Part shown: piece by piece, positions 18,020 to 28,061 of the stretch
How the letters are laid out: the number at the start of each line of letters is the position of its first letter
Position numbering within the stretch: position 1 is the stretch's first letter
Assembly (NCBI GenBank): GCA_026394155.1
Contig: JAPKYT010000117.1
Span: 1,993-65,992 of the forward strand
Source: a bacterium
Lineage (GTDB): Bacteria; Electryoneota; RPQS01
Direction: 5' to 3'
DNA: 64,000 nucleotides
Position numbers and translations under genes: made by a program
The notes under the pieces: model-generated
Told to the model about the DNA's origin: nothing
Database searches by the model: none
What the model saw: only the letters and a program-made list of their open reading frames with translations

Positions 18020-20044
18020 ATGCGCGCGTTTCTTGGTGCTTTCTCCCTTCTGTGCGGACTCCTTACCCCCTTGACCGCGTCGGCTCAGCCCGACAGCCTG
18101 TGGTCCGTTCGTTTCTACGTCAACGACGGCGCCAACCTCATCAGCCCCACCATTTATGCCGCCTTAGAGATCGCCGACGGCGGTTTTGTGGTGGCGGGTG
18201 ATGCCGATCCCTCTGCCGGCTTCTCCGACGCGTTTGTGGCTCGAATCACCGCCGAGGGGGCTGTGAGTTGGTATCGCACCTTGGGCCGGTCCAACTCTGA
18301 CGAAGTCGCCACAGGGGTGGTCGAGACGCCCGGCGGGAATCTGATGGTCGTGGGCTATGGCGGCACGGGCGTCACTCCCAATCTGGTGATGATCTGGGGA
18401 GTCTCGCCGGTCGGCGACAGTCTCTGGAGCCGCTCCTACGGTTCTTCCGGCTGGACGCAGGGCAATGACATTTGTCTTTTGCCCGACGGAAACGTCGCTA
18501 TTGTGGGCTTCCGGCTCGGCGCGAATCTGGTGCGCTCCGACCTCTGGCTGCTGAAATGCACGCCGGCGGGCGACACGCTCTGGACCAAGACCATTGGAGG
18601 CTCCAACACGGACGTGGGTAATCGGGTTCTGGCCGGTCCGAACGGACAGCTGATCATCGGCGCGTCCAGCCGCACTTACGGTCAAGGTCACTACGACGTT
18701 TGGATCTTGCTGACCGACAGCGCGGGGCAGGTGCTCTCCAGCCACAGCTCAGGTACGGCAGTCATGGAACGCTGCTACGGCATGCTGGCCGATGACAGCA
18801 CAATTTATGTGGCTGGAATTGCCGGCGACACCTTGGGCAGCGAAAGCGACGGCTATCTGGTGAAGGCCGACACCAGCGGTCAGGTGATCCGGGCGCAGCC
18901 GTATTCGGCGGGTTTCACGAATGAGACCTTTCGCGGCTGCGCTCTGCGCTTCGATGGTGCGGTGCGCTGCGTGGGATGGGCGGGAAGCGGCGCCGCCAAT
19001 CCGCCGCAGCCCTGGATCGCCAATATTACTCCGGCGGGCATGCTCCAAGAATCCTGGGTCAACAACGGATTCCAGCAAGGGCAATTCTACGGGATCATCC
19101 CGGTCACTGATGGCGGACATCTGATCTTCGGCACCATCACGGAAGGCGGTCTGCACAAGGGCTATGTCTTTCGCATCGGCAACGGCGCGGGAATTGCCGG
19201 GACCGTGACCGAGGTGGAACTCGGAGAACCCCTCGCCGGGGTTCGCGTGGACGTCGAGGGCGGCGCACAGAGCGCTCTGACCGATGCTCTGGGCCGTTTC
19301 CATATGGAGATTCGGCCCGGCATCTACAGCTTGATCGTCTCCGGACCTTGCGTGAGCAGCGACACGACCGCTGACATCACCGTCATCGCCGATTCGACCG
19401 CTCAGGTGAATCTGACGGCGGGCGTGCCGCGCTATGAAGCGACCCAGACCTCGGTAAATATCGTGGCCCACAACCGGATTCCGAGCGGCGAGCCCTTCAC
19501 GATCTACAACCGCGGAAGCGGCGCGATGAGTTTTTCCGTCATTACGGAATCCGTATCGCCGGTGGGAAATTGGCTGTCGGCAAGTCCCGCGCAGGGGACC
19601 GTTCCGCCGCATGATTCGGCGGTGGTGGACGTGATCGTGACCGCCGACGAGCCGAACGGCGGCATCTACGACTACTACGGCTATCTCAGTGTACGCGCGC
19701 ACGCGTGTCCTGACAGCGCCGATCACGTGCCCGTCTTGGCCACGGTGTTAGATGCCTCGGAGCGCGGTGATGGACTGCCCACCGAATTTGCGCTGCCTGC
19801 GGCTTATCCGAATCCGTTCAACGCCGCGACCAGACTTTCCTATTCGCTGCCTCGCGCAACGCGGATTCGTTTGTCGGTGTACGATATCGCCGGACGGCTG
19901 GCCCGCGTCATAGACGAAGGCCGCCGGGAAGCGGGCCGCTATGAGTTTCTTTTTAGCGCCGCGGGCTGGCCCTCGGGCGTTTATCTGCTGAGTTTGGAAA
20001 GCGAAGCCTTCAGCGCCACACAGAAGTTGTTGCTGCTGAAGTGA
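18020..20044 (+). CDS. T9SS-sorted beta-propeller repeat protein with a CarboxypepD_reg-like domain and a T9SS CTD.
   Basis: Signal MRAFLGAFSLLCGLLTPLTASAQ. About 8 repeats containing DGG/DGN...VG motifs. GIAGTVTEVELGEPLAGVRVDVEGG (carboxypeptidase regulatory-like). CTD EFALPAAYPNPFNAATRLSYSLP...SGVYLLSLE...KLLLLK. Confidence 0.8.
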   Translation: MRAFLGAFSLLCGLLTPLTASAQPDSLWSVRFYVNDGANLISPTIYAALEIADGGFVVAGDADPSAGFSDAFVARITAEGAVSWYRTLGRSNSDEVATGVVETPGGNLMVVGYGGTGVTPNLVMIWGVSPVGDSLWSRSYGSSGWTQGNDICLLPDGNVAIVGFRLGANLVRSDLWLLKCTPAGDTLWTKTIGGSNTDVGNRVLAGPNGQLIIGASSRTYGQGHYDVWILLTDSAGQVLSSHSSGTAVMERCYGMLADDSTIYVAGIAGDTLGSESDGYLVKADTSGQVIRAQPYSAGFTNETFRGCALRFDGAVRCVGWAGSGAANPPQPWIANITPAGMLQESWVNNGFQQGQFYGIIPVTDGGHLIFGTITEGGLHKGYVFRIGNGAGIAGTVTEVELGEPLAGVRVDVEGGAQSALTDALGRFHMEIRPGIYSLIVSGPCVSSDTTADITVIADSTAQVNLTAGVPRYEATQTSVNIVAHNRIPSGEPFTIYNRGSGAMSFSVITESVSPVGNWLSASPAQGTVPPHDSAVVDVIVTADEPNGGIYDYYGYLSVRAHACPDSADHVPVLATVLDASERGDGLPTEFALPAAYPNPFNAATRLSYSLPRATRIRLSVYDIAGRLARVIDEGRREAGRYEFLFSAAGWPSGVYLLSLESEAFSATQKLLLLK

Positions 20045-20114
20045 ACACCATTCAAAACGACTTTTCAGCAGGCCGCGTTTTTTCGCCGCATCCCGCGGCC
20101 ACGCCGTACACAAA

Positions 20115-20157
20115 GAGACCGACTCGGAAGCACAGGAGTCGGCCTCTTGTCTTTGTC
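20115..20157 (+). terminator. Rho-independent terminator after the 18020..20044 gene.
   Basis: Stem CCGACTC/GAGTCGG with a 10-nt loop, followed by tcttgtctttgtc. Confidence 0.5.
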
Positions 20158-20193
20158 TAGTGCCGTTTCCATAAAGGTTGTCTCGTTCTGATA

Positions 20194-20250
20194 TAGGGCG
20201 GGGTCTGTGACCCGCTCTGGAAAGAGGTCGGTCGCAGACCCGACCCTACA
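20194..20250. repeat. REP/MITE-like double-hairpin palindromic element, copy A (reverse orientation relative to copies B and C).
   Basis: tagggCGGGGTCTGTGACCCGC tctggaaagag GTCGGTCGCAGACCCGAC cctaca. It is the reverse complement of the 39183..39239 copy and is related to the tandem pair at 54582..54698. Confidence 0.7.
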
Positions 20251-20266
20251 GGCATGGAAGCAGCAC

Positions 20267-20308
20267 TGGCAAACAAAAAGAGCCCGTGACCCCGGAGGTC
20301 ACAGGCTC
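20267..20308 (-). terminator. Rho-independent terminator on the minus strand.
   Basis: 12-bp stem (gagcccgtgacc / ggtcacaggctc, one mismatch) with loop ccgga, followed on the minus strand by CUUUUUGUUUGCC. Confidence 0.5.
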
Positions 20309-20327
20309 GCTCTTTACTGGATCGGGC

Positions 20328-20462
20328 TACGCCGCCATCACCGGCGCGAGTTCGGCGACGATGTTGCGGCCTTCGCGCAGCAGATTGTGAACGTGCACGT
20401 ACGCGAATGATGCCGACCGGCCCGTGATGCGCAAGTTTTCAAACTGCGCAAAATAGTCCATC
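20328..20462 (-). CDS. Possible small ORF (44 aa, MDYFAQFENLRITGRSASFAYVHVHNLLREGRNIVAELAPVMAA), ending just upstream of the minus-strand terminator.
   Basis: Strong G/C third-position bias consistent with coding, and its own downstream terminator. No recognisable domain and no clear RBS. Below the ORF-track length cutoff. Confidence 0.2.
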
Positions 20463-20546
20463 AGATTGCGCACGGCTGCCGCGTAGCCGATCTCGAGGAT
20501 GCAATGGCGCCATCGCGGGTTTGCAAACCCGAGTCGGGGACGAACG

Positions 20547-20930
20547 TTACTGCACTGCCCGCGGCCTTGCCATCAGGAGATAACCGAATCCCAAGGTGAA
20601 GAAAAGATAGACGGCAACGATGAACCAGCCGAGTGGATTCAGCGCGCCCGACAGCACCGCGAACAGGCTCACGACAAAGCCGATGGCGTCATAGACGAAG
20701 AGAGCCAGAATGATGGCGCGGCGCGCATCGGACTCGGCTGCATTCCTGGCAAACCACGTGAGCATGAGATTGCCGAAAAGAGCTGCCGCGTACTCCCTCG
20801 ATGTGAACGCTCCGCCCGGACTCAAGGCGGCTCCCAAAAAGCTGAGCAATGCGCCGGGTACCGAGATCAGGATGATGCCGAATACCAGGCATACGGCGGC
20901 CTTGATGACCATAATGTTCTTGTAGCTCAT
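20547..20930 (-). CDS. Small 4-TM membrane protein of unknown function.
   Basis: 127 aa with four hydrophobic helices (AAVCLVFGIILISV, LFVYDAIGFVVSLFAVL, WFIVAVYLFFTLGFGYLL). No recognisable catalytic motif. Confidence 0.55.
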   Translation of the reverse strand: MSYKNIMVIKAAVCLVFGIILISVPGALLSFLGAALSPGGAFTSREYAAALFGNLMLTWFARNAAESDARRAIILALFVYDAIGFVVSLFAVLSGALNPLGWFIVAVYLFFTLGFGYLLMARPRAVQ

Positions 20931-21330
20931 GAGTGTTCCTCCTCAATCTGCGACTCGCCTGCGTGCAGAAAAGGACCGAGTATGCACTGCCCGCGGGACC
21001 TGCGGCCGTGCAAGGTGCTTTGTTCCACTTTCCCGGATGATGTGCGACGTGGCATGTCTCGCCCGTCAGTCACTGAACCATCACTACCCTGCGACAAGAT
21101 AGTACAAATACAGCCTTGTTTCAAGCGAACTTTTGCGGATGGGAGGCACCGGCAGGCCGTGAGGGGTGAGATTCCGCCCTTGTGGCCGGTAGCTGAAGCC
21201 ATGACACAGGCCGACCTTTAGCGACTCCTCAAGTCCGCTGAGAACCGCCCGGCCACTCGGTAATATAAATAAAAATAACTTGATCCTATTGAGTCCAGTC
21301 GAAACCGACTTGCGGGTGACGGACGTCAAA

Positions 21331-21470
21331 GAGCCAAGGATTGCCCTTGGCTCTTTGCAGATCCACTATCCCACACTCTCCCGGGTGTGGGATTCTTGTC
21401 GCGGCGGTGAATCTCCAGATTCACCCCGCCGAAAACGCTCGGATTGCGGGCACCCGAGGACGGGTGCCTC
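21331..21470. other. Cluster of four tandem perfect or near-perfect stem-loops downstream of cysK, adjacent to an unusual AT-rich tract (21255-21290).
   Basis: caaagagccaagg-attgc-ccttggctctttg; tcccacac-tctcccgg-gtgtggga; ggtgaatct-cc-agattcacc; gcacccg-agga-cgggtgc. None is followed by a classical U-tract. Confidence 0.4.
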
Positions 21471-21488
21471 GGCGAACAAGGGAAGTCC

Positions 21489-22406
21489 TCAGGCGCTCCA
21501 GAGATTGTCCAAAGAAAGGTAGCGCTCGCCGGTGTCGTAGGCGAAGGTGAGCACCCGGCTGCCTGCTGGCATTTCTTCCGATTTCTTCGCCACCGCGGCC
21601 AGCGCCGCCCCCGAAGAGATTCCCACCAGCACCCCTTCCTCCTTGGCCATGCGCCGCGTGAAATCAAAAGCCTCTTCGTTGGCGACCTGAATCACCCCGT
21701 CAACATGTTCCCTTCTGAAATTCTTAGGCACAAAGCCGGCGCCGATGCCCTGGATGGGATGCGGCCCGGGCGCGCCCCCGCTGATCACGGGCGAGAGAGC
21801 CGGCTCCACGGCGAAGACTTTGAGATTCGGGAAACGCTTTTTGAGCACTTCGCCGCAAGCTGAGATGTGGCCGCCGGTGCCGACGCCGGTAATCAGATAA
21901 TCCAAGCCGTTCGGAAAGTCGCGCAGAATCTCCTGCGCCGTATGCTCTCGGTGGGCCCGGATATTTGCTTCGTTCTCAAACTGCTGCGGCATCCACGCAT
22001 TCGGCATCCGCGCCAGCAACTCGCCGGCGCGTTCGATGGCCCCGCGCATGCCCTTCTCACGGGGCGTGAGATCGAAACGCGCTCCATAGGCCGCCATGAG
22101 TTTGCGCCTTTCGATGGACATGGATTCCGGCATGACCAACAGCAGATCATAGCCCTTCACCGCGGCCACCATAGCTAACCCGACACCGGTGTTGCCGGAG
22201 GTCGGTTCGATAATGGTCATGCCGCGGCGAAGCGCGCCGTTCCGCTCGGCGTCCTCGATCATCGAGAGGGCAATGCGATCCTTGATGCTTCCGCCGGGGT
22301 TGGCCCGCTCCAATTTGACCCAAACCTCGAGATCGGGGCGGAACAGGCGCTTGAGCCTCAAATGCGGCGTGTTGCCGATGGTCTCGAGAATGGACTCAGC
22401 TTTCAT
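21489..22406 (-). CDS. cysK: Cysteine synthase A (O-acetylserine sulfhydrylase).
   Basis: PLP lysine motif NPGGSIKDR, glycine loop GTGGHI, and full-length similarity to CysK (305 aa). Confidence 0.93.
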   Translation of the reverse strand: MKAESILETIGNTPHLRLKRLFRPDLEVWVKLERANPGGSIKDRIALSMIEDAERNGALRRGMTIIEPTSGNTGVGLAMVAAVKGYDLLLVMPESMSIERRKLMAAYGARFDLTPREKGMRGAIERAGELLARMPNAWMPQQFENEANIRAHREHTAQEILRDFPNGLDYLITGVGTGGHISACGEVLKKRFPNLKVFAVEPALSPVISGGAPGPHPIQGIGAGFVPKNFRREHVDGVIQVANEEAFDFTRRMAKEEGVLVGISSGAALAAVAKKSEEMPAGSRVLTFAYDTGERYLSLDNLWSA

Positions 22407-23223
22407 CGCCGTTCCTCAAGCTGATATCGCTCTTGCGGTAGACGGTGGAAAAGGGCGGAACACTGACGGTCAGCCAGACGTTCCCGCCCACCACGCTGTC
22501 GTGTCCGATGACGGTGTTGCCTCCCAAAATCGTGGCATTCGAGTACACCACCACTCGATCCTCGATGGTAGGGTGGCGCTTCCTGCTGGCTTGATCCTTC
22601 TGCACACTGAGCGCGCCGAGCGTGACTCCCTGATAGAGTTTGACGTTGTTGCCGATTTCAGTGGTTTCTCCCACCACCACACCGGTTCCGTGGTCAATGC
22701 AGAACGAGTCGCCGATTTCGGCGCCGGGGTGAATGTCAATCCCGGTGTACTGGTGAGCAAGTTCGGTCAACAGGCGCGGGAAAACGGGAACCTGCAGGTC
22801 ATAGAACCGGTGAGCGATGCGATAGACGGCAATGGCGTAGAAACCGGGATACGCGACAATGACTTCCTCGAGGCTGGTGGCCGCGGGATCACCCGCAAAG
22901 ATGGCCTCCGCGTCTTTGAGCATCTTGGAGAAGATGTCGGGAAGGGAAGGCATGAAATCCTCGATCAATGCGGGGAACGGGCGCGGCAAGCGGCTGCCAA
23001 ACGGAGTGAGGAGTTCGCCCAACTGAATCTCCAAGCCCGCCAGGCTCAGCGGAAGCGAGGACACCCGCAGGCCTTCTTCTTCCTTGAACTGCGGAAACAT
23101 CAGGCTCAGAGTGGAATGGACGAAATGCCGCACCAGATGGCGTGAAGGCAGTGTTCCGTGCGGAATGGACTTCAACCCCTGCAGCTGCCTCGCCAGCTCT
23201 TCGTGCCTGTCGTGATGAATCAT
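22396..23223 (-). CDS. cysE: Serine O-acetyltransferase.
   Basis: SATase N-terminal helical domain plus left-handed beta-helix hexapeptide repeats ([41 protein letters not shown]). It overlaps cysK by 11 nt, forming a cysE-cysK operon. Confidence 0.9.
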   Translation of the reverse strand: MIHHDRHEELARQLQGLKSIPHGTLPSRHLVRHFVHSTLSLMFPQFKEEEGLRVSSLPLSLAGLEIQLGELLTPFGSRLPRPFPALIEDFMPSLPDIFSKMLKDAEAIFAGDPAATSLEEVIVAYPGFYAIAVYRIAHRFYDLQVPVFPRLLTELAHQYTGIDIHPGAEIGDSFCIDHGTGVVVGETTEIGNNVKLYQGVTLGALSVQKDQASRKRHPTIEDRVVVYSNATILGGNTVIGHDSVVGGNVWLTVSVPPFSTVYRKSDISLRNGDES

Positions 23224-23380
23224 CGGGTATTTATCTCCTGTACGTGATCATCCCGTCCGGTGCAACTTGTATGACATTCGGCGAGCCGACCGCCAAAGCC
23301 CGCGCCAGCTTGTCACAAGCTCATGCCGCTCATCTTCCTTTTCAAGCGTTCCGACCCACAGACGCGATTTAGAAGCAGAA

Positions 23381-23412
23381 AACGGGTTAGACTTGTCGCT
23401 AACCCGTTGTTC
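23381..23412 (-). terminator. Candidate terminator hairpin between the S1 peptidase gene and cysE.
   Basis: Stem aacgggtta/taacccgtt (9 bp) with a 10-nt loop. U-rich flanks on both strands (minus: UUCUGCUUCUAAAUC). Confidence 0.35.
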
Positions 23413-23696
23413 TTGTGCACCACTCAGGGGAGCCGTCTCTGTGGGTGGAATGTGAGACCGGATGTCAAGTCTTTGTCAACAAGTGTAATAACTCGCAGAG
23501 GGCGTCGGCAAGTTCCCGCGACTTACTGTCAGCATCGCGACCTCGCGCCGGCATCTTGCGACGATTTTCGCAATCTCCCCGCCGCGTCTGCGCTATCGGA
23601 TCAGCACCAACTTCTGCGCTTGCGTCGCGCCTCCCGTTTTCATCCGGGCTTGGAGTATCTGCGAGGCGGTTCTCCTCGACACCCACTCGGCGCAGG

Positions 23697-26144
23697 TCAG
23701 CGGGGCGAAATCTTGGGTTCGCCGGCCGGACTCTTGCTCCGCCCCGGCATGGAGACTCCCTCGGGCGGTTCCGCGGCCGTGACCGCGTAGAAGGATCTGG
23801 CACGGGGCAGAATCAGGGCCTGCGTGTCCACGAACAGGGTGTCGGAAGTGCCACCGATCCAGTTGGCGGGTGACGGCACAAAACTCGCCGTCGAATCACG
23901 ATAGACGCTGTAGCCGGCCACCCCTTCAACGCGTTCCCAATTCAGTTGAATCACCGGTGGAGACGCCCGCACGACCAGCTTCTGCGGCGTCGGCTGCACA
24001 TGGACGTCGAGCCGGTACGGCCCCGCGCTGTTGGCGAACCCGTGCACGATGAAATAGTAGGTCAGTCCGGAAGTGGCTCGAAAGGTGATGCGGCTGTTCA
24101 AGGTATCCAGACAGGCGTCATCGTCGTTGCAGGCCACCTGCGAATCCCCCGGGCATTCTCCGCCGGTTCGCACTTCCAGTCCCGTGTCGTAGTCCGAGCC
24201 GCAGAGAGACACCACCACAAACTGTGTCTGCGTGGCCGTGAAATTGTACACCTCGTCTCGCGAGAGCGGTCCTGCACAGTTGCTGTAGTTGTGAACGGCA
24301 CATCTCGTGTCCCCGATGTTCAGGTAAGGAAGACTCGCGATGGTTTCTCCGGGGCACGAATCCGCCGGAATGTGGTTCACGCCGGTCACCGTCAGCGAGA
24401 AGTCGCCTCTGGCCAACTGCGCTCCGTGGACGTCTATCAGATAGCGCACGTTGGCGGTCGCCTCAAAGGTCAGTCGGCTGTGCGAACTGTCCGGACAGGC
24501 CGGGCTGTTGTCATTGCAGGCCACTATCATGGGGAACAACTGACAGTTTCCGAACGTGAGCGACAGCACTTCCAGTCCCGTGTCATAGCTCGATCCGCAC
24601 AAGGAAACCGTGATCGTCATGTCGCAGGGAGGCGTGTAGTTGTAGAACACGTCCTGCGAGTAGGGACCGACGCAATTGACGAAGTCGTTGCGCGCGGAAA
24701 AAGTCGAACCGGAGGTCGAATAGGGCAGCGAAGCGATGGTGAATCCGGGACAGGCGTCGTTTTCCGGGGCGTAGAAATACGCTCCCGGCATCGAGTTTAT
24801 CATCAAGCTGTCCGGATCGAGCCAATCCTTGAGCCGGGTGGTCGGAGTTCCGCCTCCCTCCCACGAACTGAACAACTTGCCGAAATAGCTGGAGCACGCG
24901 CTGCAGTCGCAGAACGGTCCCATGTATCCGCGAAGCTGGCCGGTGATGAGACCCGAGTGTGCATCGAGCAAGGGCGAACCCGATGATCCGCTTTCCGTCG
25001 TGCCCACTTCCCAGTGATTCACGCGCCAATAATTTCGTCCGTTGGCGCCGGACCACTGCGCGCTATCGGGCGGATTGTTGTCGAAACTGATCTTCTTGAT
25101 GTCGCCCTGCGGATGGTGGATGCAGACCGAACTGTCGGCCGGCACATCCTCTCGATACCAGCCGTTGAGGTAAAGATTGTAGGCCACGGGCGGCGGGGAA
25201 GAAAGTTGATAGAGAGCGAAATCCGAGGTGGCCCAGCGCGCGATCAGTCGGGCGTTGGCCATCGTCTGGTTCAAAGGCCCGTTCTGATTGGGACATCCGG
25301 GGCTTTCGTAGTTGAAATAGAATATCCAGAGACTGTCGCCTGAATGATAGCAGTGGTTGGCGGTCAGGAGATAGGGGAAGGCCGTGAAGTAAGGCGTGAA
25401 CGGATTAATCAGCGATCCCGAGCACTGGGTGGTGTTGGCGTGGATAATCATCGCTACCCCGCGCTTCTCGTCCTGCCACGGCGCGCCTTCCGGACAGTTG
25501 ACGTTGCGCTCGCAACCCAGAGACTGACCGTAGCTGTCCAGTGAACGTTTGCCGAAGAGGTTCCGGTAAGCGTGACAGACTTGGTAGATCGAGAGCCGGC
25601 TGCGGCCTGCAATCGAAGCGGGTTCGAAGTATTCGAGCGTGGTTGCGTCGCCAGCCACGTGTTGCGTGATGTTCTTTCCATACTCCCAATTGTTGAAGCT
25701 GGTCAATGCGCCGATGACCATGCTGTGGTCATCGTTGTAGATGAAAAGCTGACCGCCCTTGGGAATATACCAGTCGTCGTAGAGCAGCCCGATGGAGAAT
25801 GCGCCGGGCGAAGAAATCCGCAGCCGCCACAACCGGTCGCCGCCGGGAAGCGTCTCCCACCGGCCCGAGTTCTTGAGGTTCAGGGCCACGTCAATCGCCG
25901 CCGCGAATCGGTACGGATCATTTCCGGTTTGTTCGTCCTCCGCAATCAGGGCCGGCACATCCACGCGAGGCATCTCAATCGTGGGTGGCGAACCCGGCAG
26001 ATTGAGGGAGAAACTGGGCGGTGTTCCTCCCGCGCTGATCTGCGCCATCACCTGTTGCTGGGCACCGTTGATGATCAGGCCGAGAGCCAGAAGGTGCGCG
26101 AAAAGGCCGGCGCATCTCTTGAGAAACGTGCATTTCACACCCAT
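23697..26144 (-). CDS. Secreted trypsin-like (V8/Glu-endopeptidase-type S1) serine peptidase with two PPC (pre-peptidase C-terminal) domains and a C-terminal FN3 module.
   Basis: Signal peptide. Active-site-like TESGSSGSPLL (compare GNSGSP of V8 protease). PPC-like cysteine-rich modules (CPGFTIASLPYSTSG...SLCGSSYDTGLEV, repeated). FN3-like C-terminus. No PNPFNP CTD. Confidence 0.7.
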   Translation of the reverse strand: MGVKCTFLKRCAGLFAHLLALGLIINGAQQQVMAQISAGGTPPSFSLNLPGSPPTIEMPRVDVPALIAEDEQTGNDPYRFAAAIDVALNLKNSGRWETLPGGDRLWRLRISSPGAFSIGLLYDDWYIPKGGQLFIYNDDHSMVIGALTSFNNWEYGKNITQHVAGDATTLEYFEPASIAGRSRLSIYQVCHAYRNLFGKRSLDSYGQSLGCERNVNCPEGAPWQDEKRGVAMIIHANTTQCSGSLINPFTPYFTAFPYLLTANHCYHSGDSLWIFYFNYESPGCPNQNGPLNQTMANARLIARWATSDFALYQLSSPPPVAYNLYLNGWYREDVPADSSVCIHHPQGDIKKISFDNNPPDSAQWSGANGRNYWRVNHWEVGTTESGSSGSPLLDAHSGLITGQLRGYMGPFCDCSACSSYFGKLFSSWEGGGTPTTRLKDWLDPDSLMINSMPGAYFYAPENDACPGFTIASLPYSTSGSTFSARNDFVNCVGPYSQDVFYNYTPPCDMTITVSLCGSSYDTGLEVLSLTFGNCQLFPMIVACNDNSPACPDSSHSRLTFEATANVRYLIDVHGAQLARGDFSLTVTGVNHIPADSCPGETIASLPYLNIGDTRCAVHNYSNCAGPLSRDEVYNFTATQTQFVVVSLCGSDYDTGLEVRTGGECPGDSQVACNDDDACLDTLNSRITFRATSGLTYYFIVHGFANSAGPYRLDVHVQPTPQKLVVRASPPVIQLNWERVEGVAGYSVYRDSTASFVPSPANWIGGTSDTLFVDTQALILPRARSFYAVTAAEPPEGVSMPGRSKSPAGEPKISPR

Positions 26145-26658
26145 GGAATTCTCCTTCGTGCTTCTGGTGTATCCGGCAGCGCGATCTCACGGCGCAGGCA
26201 CCAAGGCCGGGGAGAAATCAAAGGCCCGAATGCCATATGACTCGCGAATGAATTCTCCGTCGCCCGTGCCCGCCTCAGGGACAAGAAAACGAGCGAACCC
26301 TGCCATTTCGCGGCGGAAGATTCGCTCGTCACCAAGATGCACAGCGGGAATGAACCCTCGGCCGCGATGTCCGTGTTTTAAGTTACTGAATCACAAGGGC
26401 GATGTCAACGATTTCGGTTGGGTTCAGGTAAAATTATCACTTATTATACCTCGTTGATTATCCACAACATACTGTCGCGAGCATCCGCCGGCATCTCAGG
26501 CCAACCGGCGTGCGAAGAAGAGGCACGTCCGCCGCACAGCCAAGTGAATCCGTCCCTGCGCACTCTTTGATCTTCGGCCTGCGTTTCCCGCGAGACACCT
26601 TGATTTTGACTCGCGGGTGCGGACAAGACGCACGCGATCACCGGCACAATTCCACAGC

Positions 26659-26692
26659 AAAAAAAACGGGTCAGCCTTGTCAGCTGACCCGT
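26659..26692 (-). terminator. Strong rho-independent terminator after the RRM-protein gene.
   Basis: Stem acgggtcagc/gctgacccgt with loop cttgtca, followed on the minus strand by U8. A second GC hairpin (ggggggacctcgtgtccccc) lies just upstream. Confidence 0.7.
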
Positions 26693-26745
26693 TGTGGTAA
26701 GGGGGACACGAGGTCCCCCCATCTCAAGCTTCTGCTCTGACGATC

Positions 26746-27018
26746 TTAGTAGCGATCGCGGCGAGGGCGTTCCGCTTTGGGCCTGGCCTCGTTGACGAGC
26801 AACTTGCGGCCGTCCATGTCTTTGTCGTTCAACGTGCTGATGGCCGCTTTCGCTTCGGCGTCGTTGGGCATTTCCACAAAACCAAAGCCCTTGCTGCGGC
26901 CCGTCATGCGATCCGTGACCACGCTGGCGCGGTCCACCTTGCCATGCGCCTCGAACATGGTTCTCAGATCGTCTTCCGTCGTGTTGTAGGACAGATTGCC
27001 TACGTAAATGTTTACCAT
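26746..27018 (-). CDS. RNA-binding protein with a single RRM domain (Rbp/glycine-rich RNA-binding protein family).
   Basis: RNP-2 IYVGNLSY and RNP-1 KGFGFVEM motifs. Start taken at the Met of MVNIYVGNL (27018) rather than the ORF-track start at 27057. Confidence 0.85.
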   Translation of the reverse strand: MVNIYVGNLSYNTTEDDLRTMFEAHGKVDRASVVTDRMTGRSKGFGFVEMPNDAEAKAAISTLNDKDMDGRKLLVNEARPKAERPRRDRY

Positions 27019-27595
27019 CGTTGAATCCTTTTCAACTTGCGGGGATGGTGTCCCCATACTGCCACCTGCTTACCCATCGCCAAGCCGAAGAAGGACAAGT
27101 AAACCCGAACCTTCTCGTGACACAGGCCTGCGAAGTGCTCCTCATGGAGCGATTATCAAAGCATGTGGTCAAGGAACGAACGTTCCGCAATCACATGTAA
27201 GACCAATATACCGAAATATGACTCGTGATGCAACAAAGAATCAGAGAAAAGAAAGGAGCGTCAAGTGACGATAAAGTTCACCGGAACGCTGGAAAAAATC
27301 GCATTTCATATTGTTTACACTGTACTTACATGCCGCTCGGAATCTGGGATTCTCGCCTCCAGCTTTCACCCCACCCCTCTTGCCCAGCGACCGCTCGACC
27401 CGGAGTGCATTCAGACGGCAGGGCTCCGCAGTGGGGCACGGCCGCCTCGCCGGAATCCACCGTCTCTTTGTGAAATATCTCGCGATGTGTGATTCTTCCA
27501 CAGACGGCCTTGATCCACTTGACTCTGGCCGCACAAACAAGCTAATTATGCCCGTGCGGACCGCGGAAAAAAACTGGAGGCTGAGTATCCCTGCG

Positions 27596-28060
27596 ATGAA
27601 CGATCCGACATCTTCGCTCGAAAACGACAAGATAACACGGCGTCATTTTCTGGATGCCGCCATTGGGTTGGGGGGTGTGGCGCTGGTGGCGAGCGTGGCC
27701 TATCCCATCGCCAAGTACCTCGTTCCGCCTCCGCAAGCGGAAGCCTCCCCCGCGTCGGTGAACGTCGGCAAAGTGGACGATTTCCAGCCGGACACGGGAA
27801 CGATCTTCAAGATGGGGAATAAGCCCGGGATTCTGGTGCGCTCCAAGGACGGCGAATTCCACGCCTTCCTCGCGGTGTGCACGCATCTCGGATGCACCGT
27901 TCAGTACCGTCCCGATCTGGGGGTGATTTGGTGTGCATGCCACAGCGGCCGGTTCGACCTGAACGGGATCAATATCGCAGGCCCGCCGCCACGGCCGCTC
28001 ACGCCGCTGGACGTGAACATTCGCGATGGTCAGGTGTTCGTATCCCGCGAGGAGGCCTGA
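27596..28060 (+). CDS. Rieske [2Fe-2S] iron-sulfur subunit of a cytochrome bc-type complex (PetC/QcrA-like), Tat-exported.
   Basis: Twin-arginine signal TRRHFLDAAIGLGG. Rieske boxes CTHLGC and CACHSGRF. Its stop codon is immediately followed by the cytochrome b start. Confidence 0.85.
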   Translation: MNDPTSSLENDKITRRHFLDAAIGLGGVALVASVAYPIAKYLVPPPQAEASPASVNVGKVDDFQPDTGTIFKMGNKPGILVRSKDGEFHAFLAVCTHLGCTVQYRPDLGVIWCACHSGRFDLNGINIAGPPPRPLTPLDVNIRDGQVFVSREEA

Positions 28061-28061
28061 C

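Noticed and set aside
23946-24986. 346-aa plus-strand ORF inside the S1 peptidase gene
   Set aside because: Antisense to a gene with recognisable domains; Arg/Val/Gly-rich nonsense.
27311-27595. ORF-track N-terminal extensions (Rieske from 27311, cytochrome c from 28916, psrC from 56784, moaC from 50120, YeeE from 57872, TIR from 61396, PAS from 45306, adaptor from 1267)
   Set aside because: The extensions overlap upstream genes or lack signal-peptide logic. Internal starts placed at signal peptides, conserved N-termini and ATGA-type couplings fit better.
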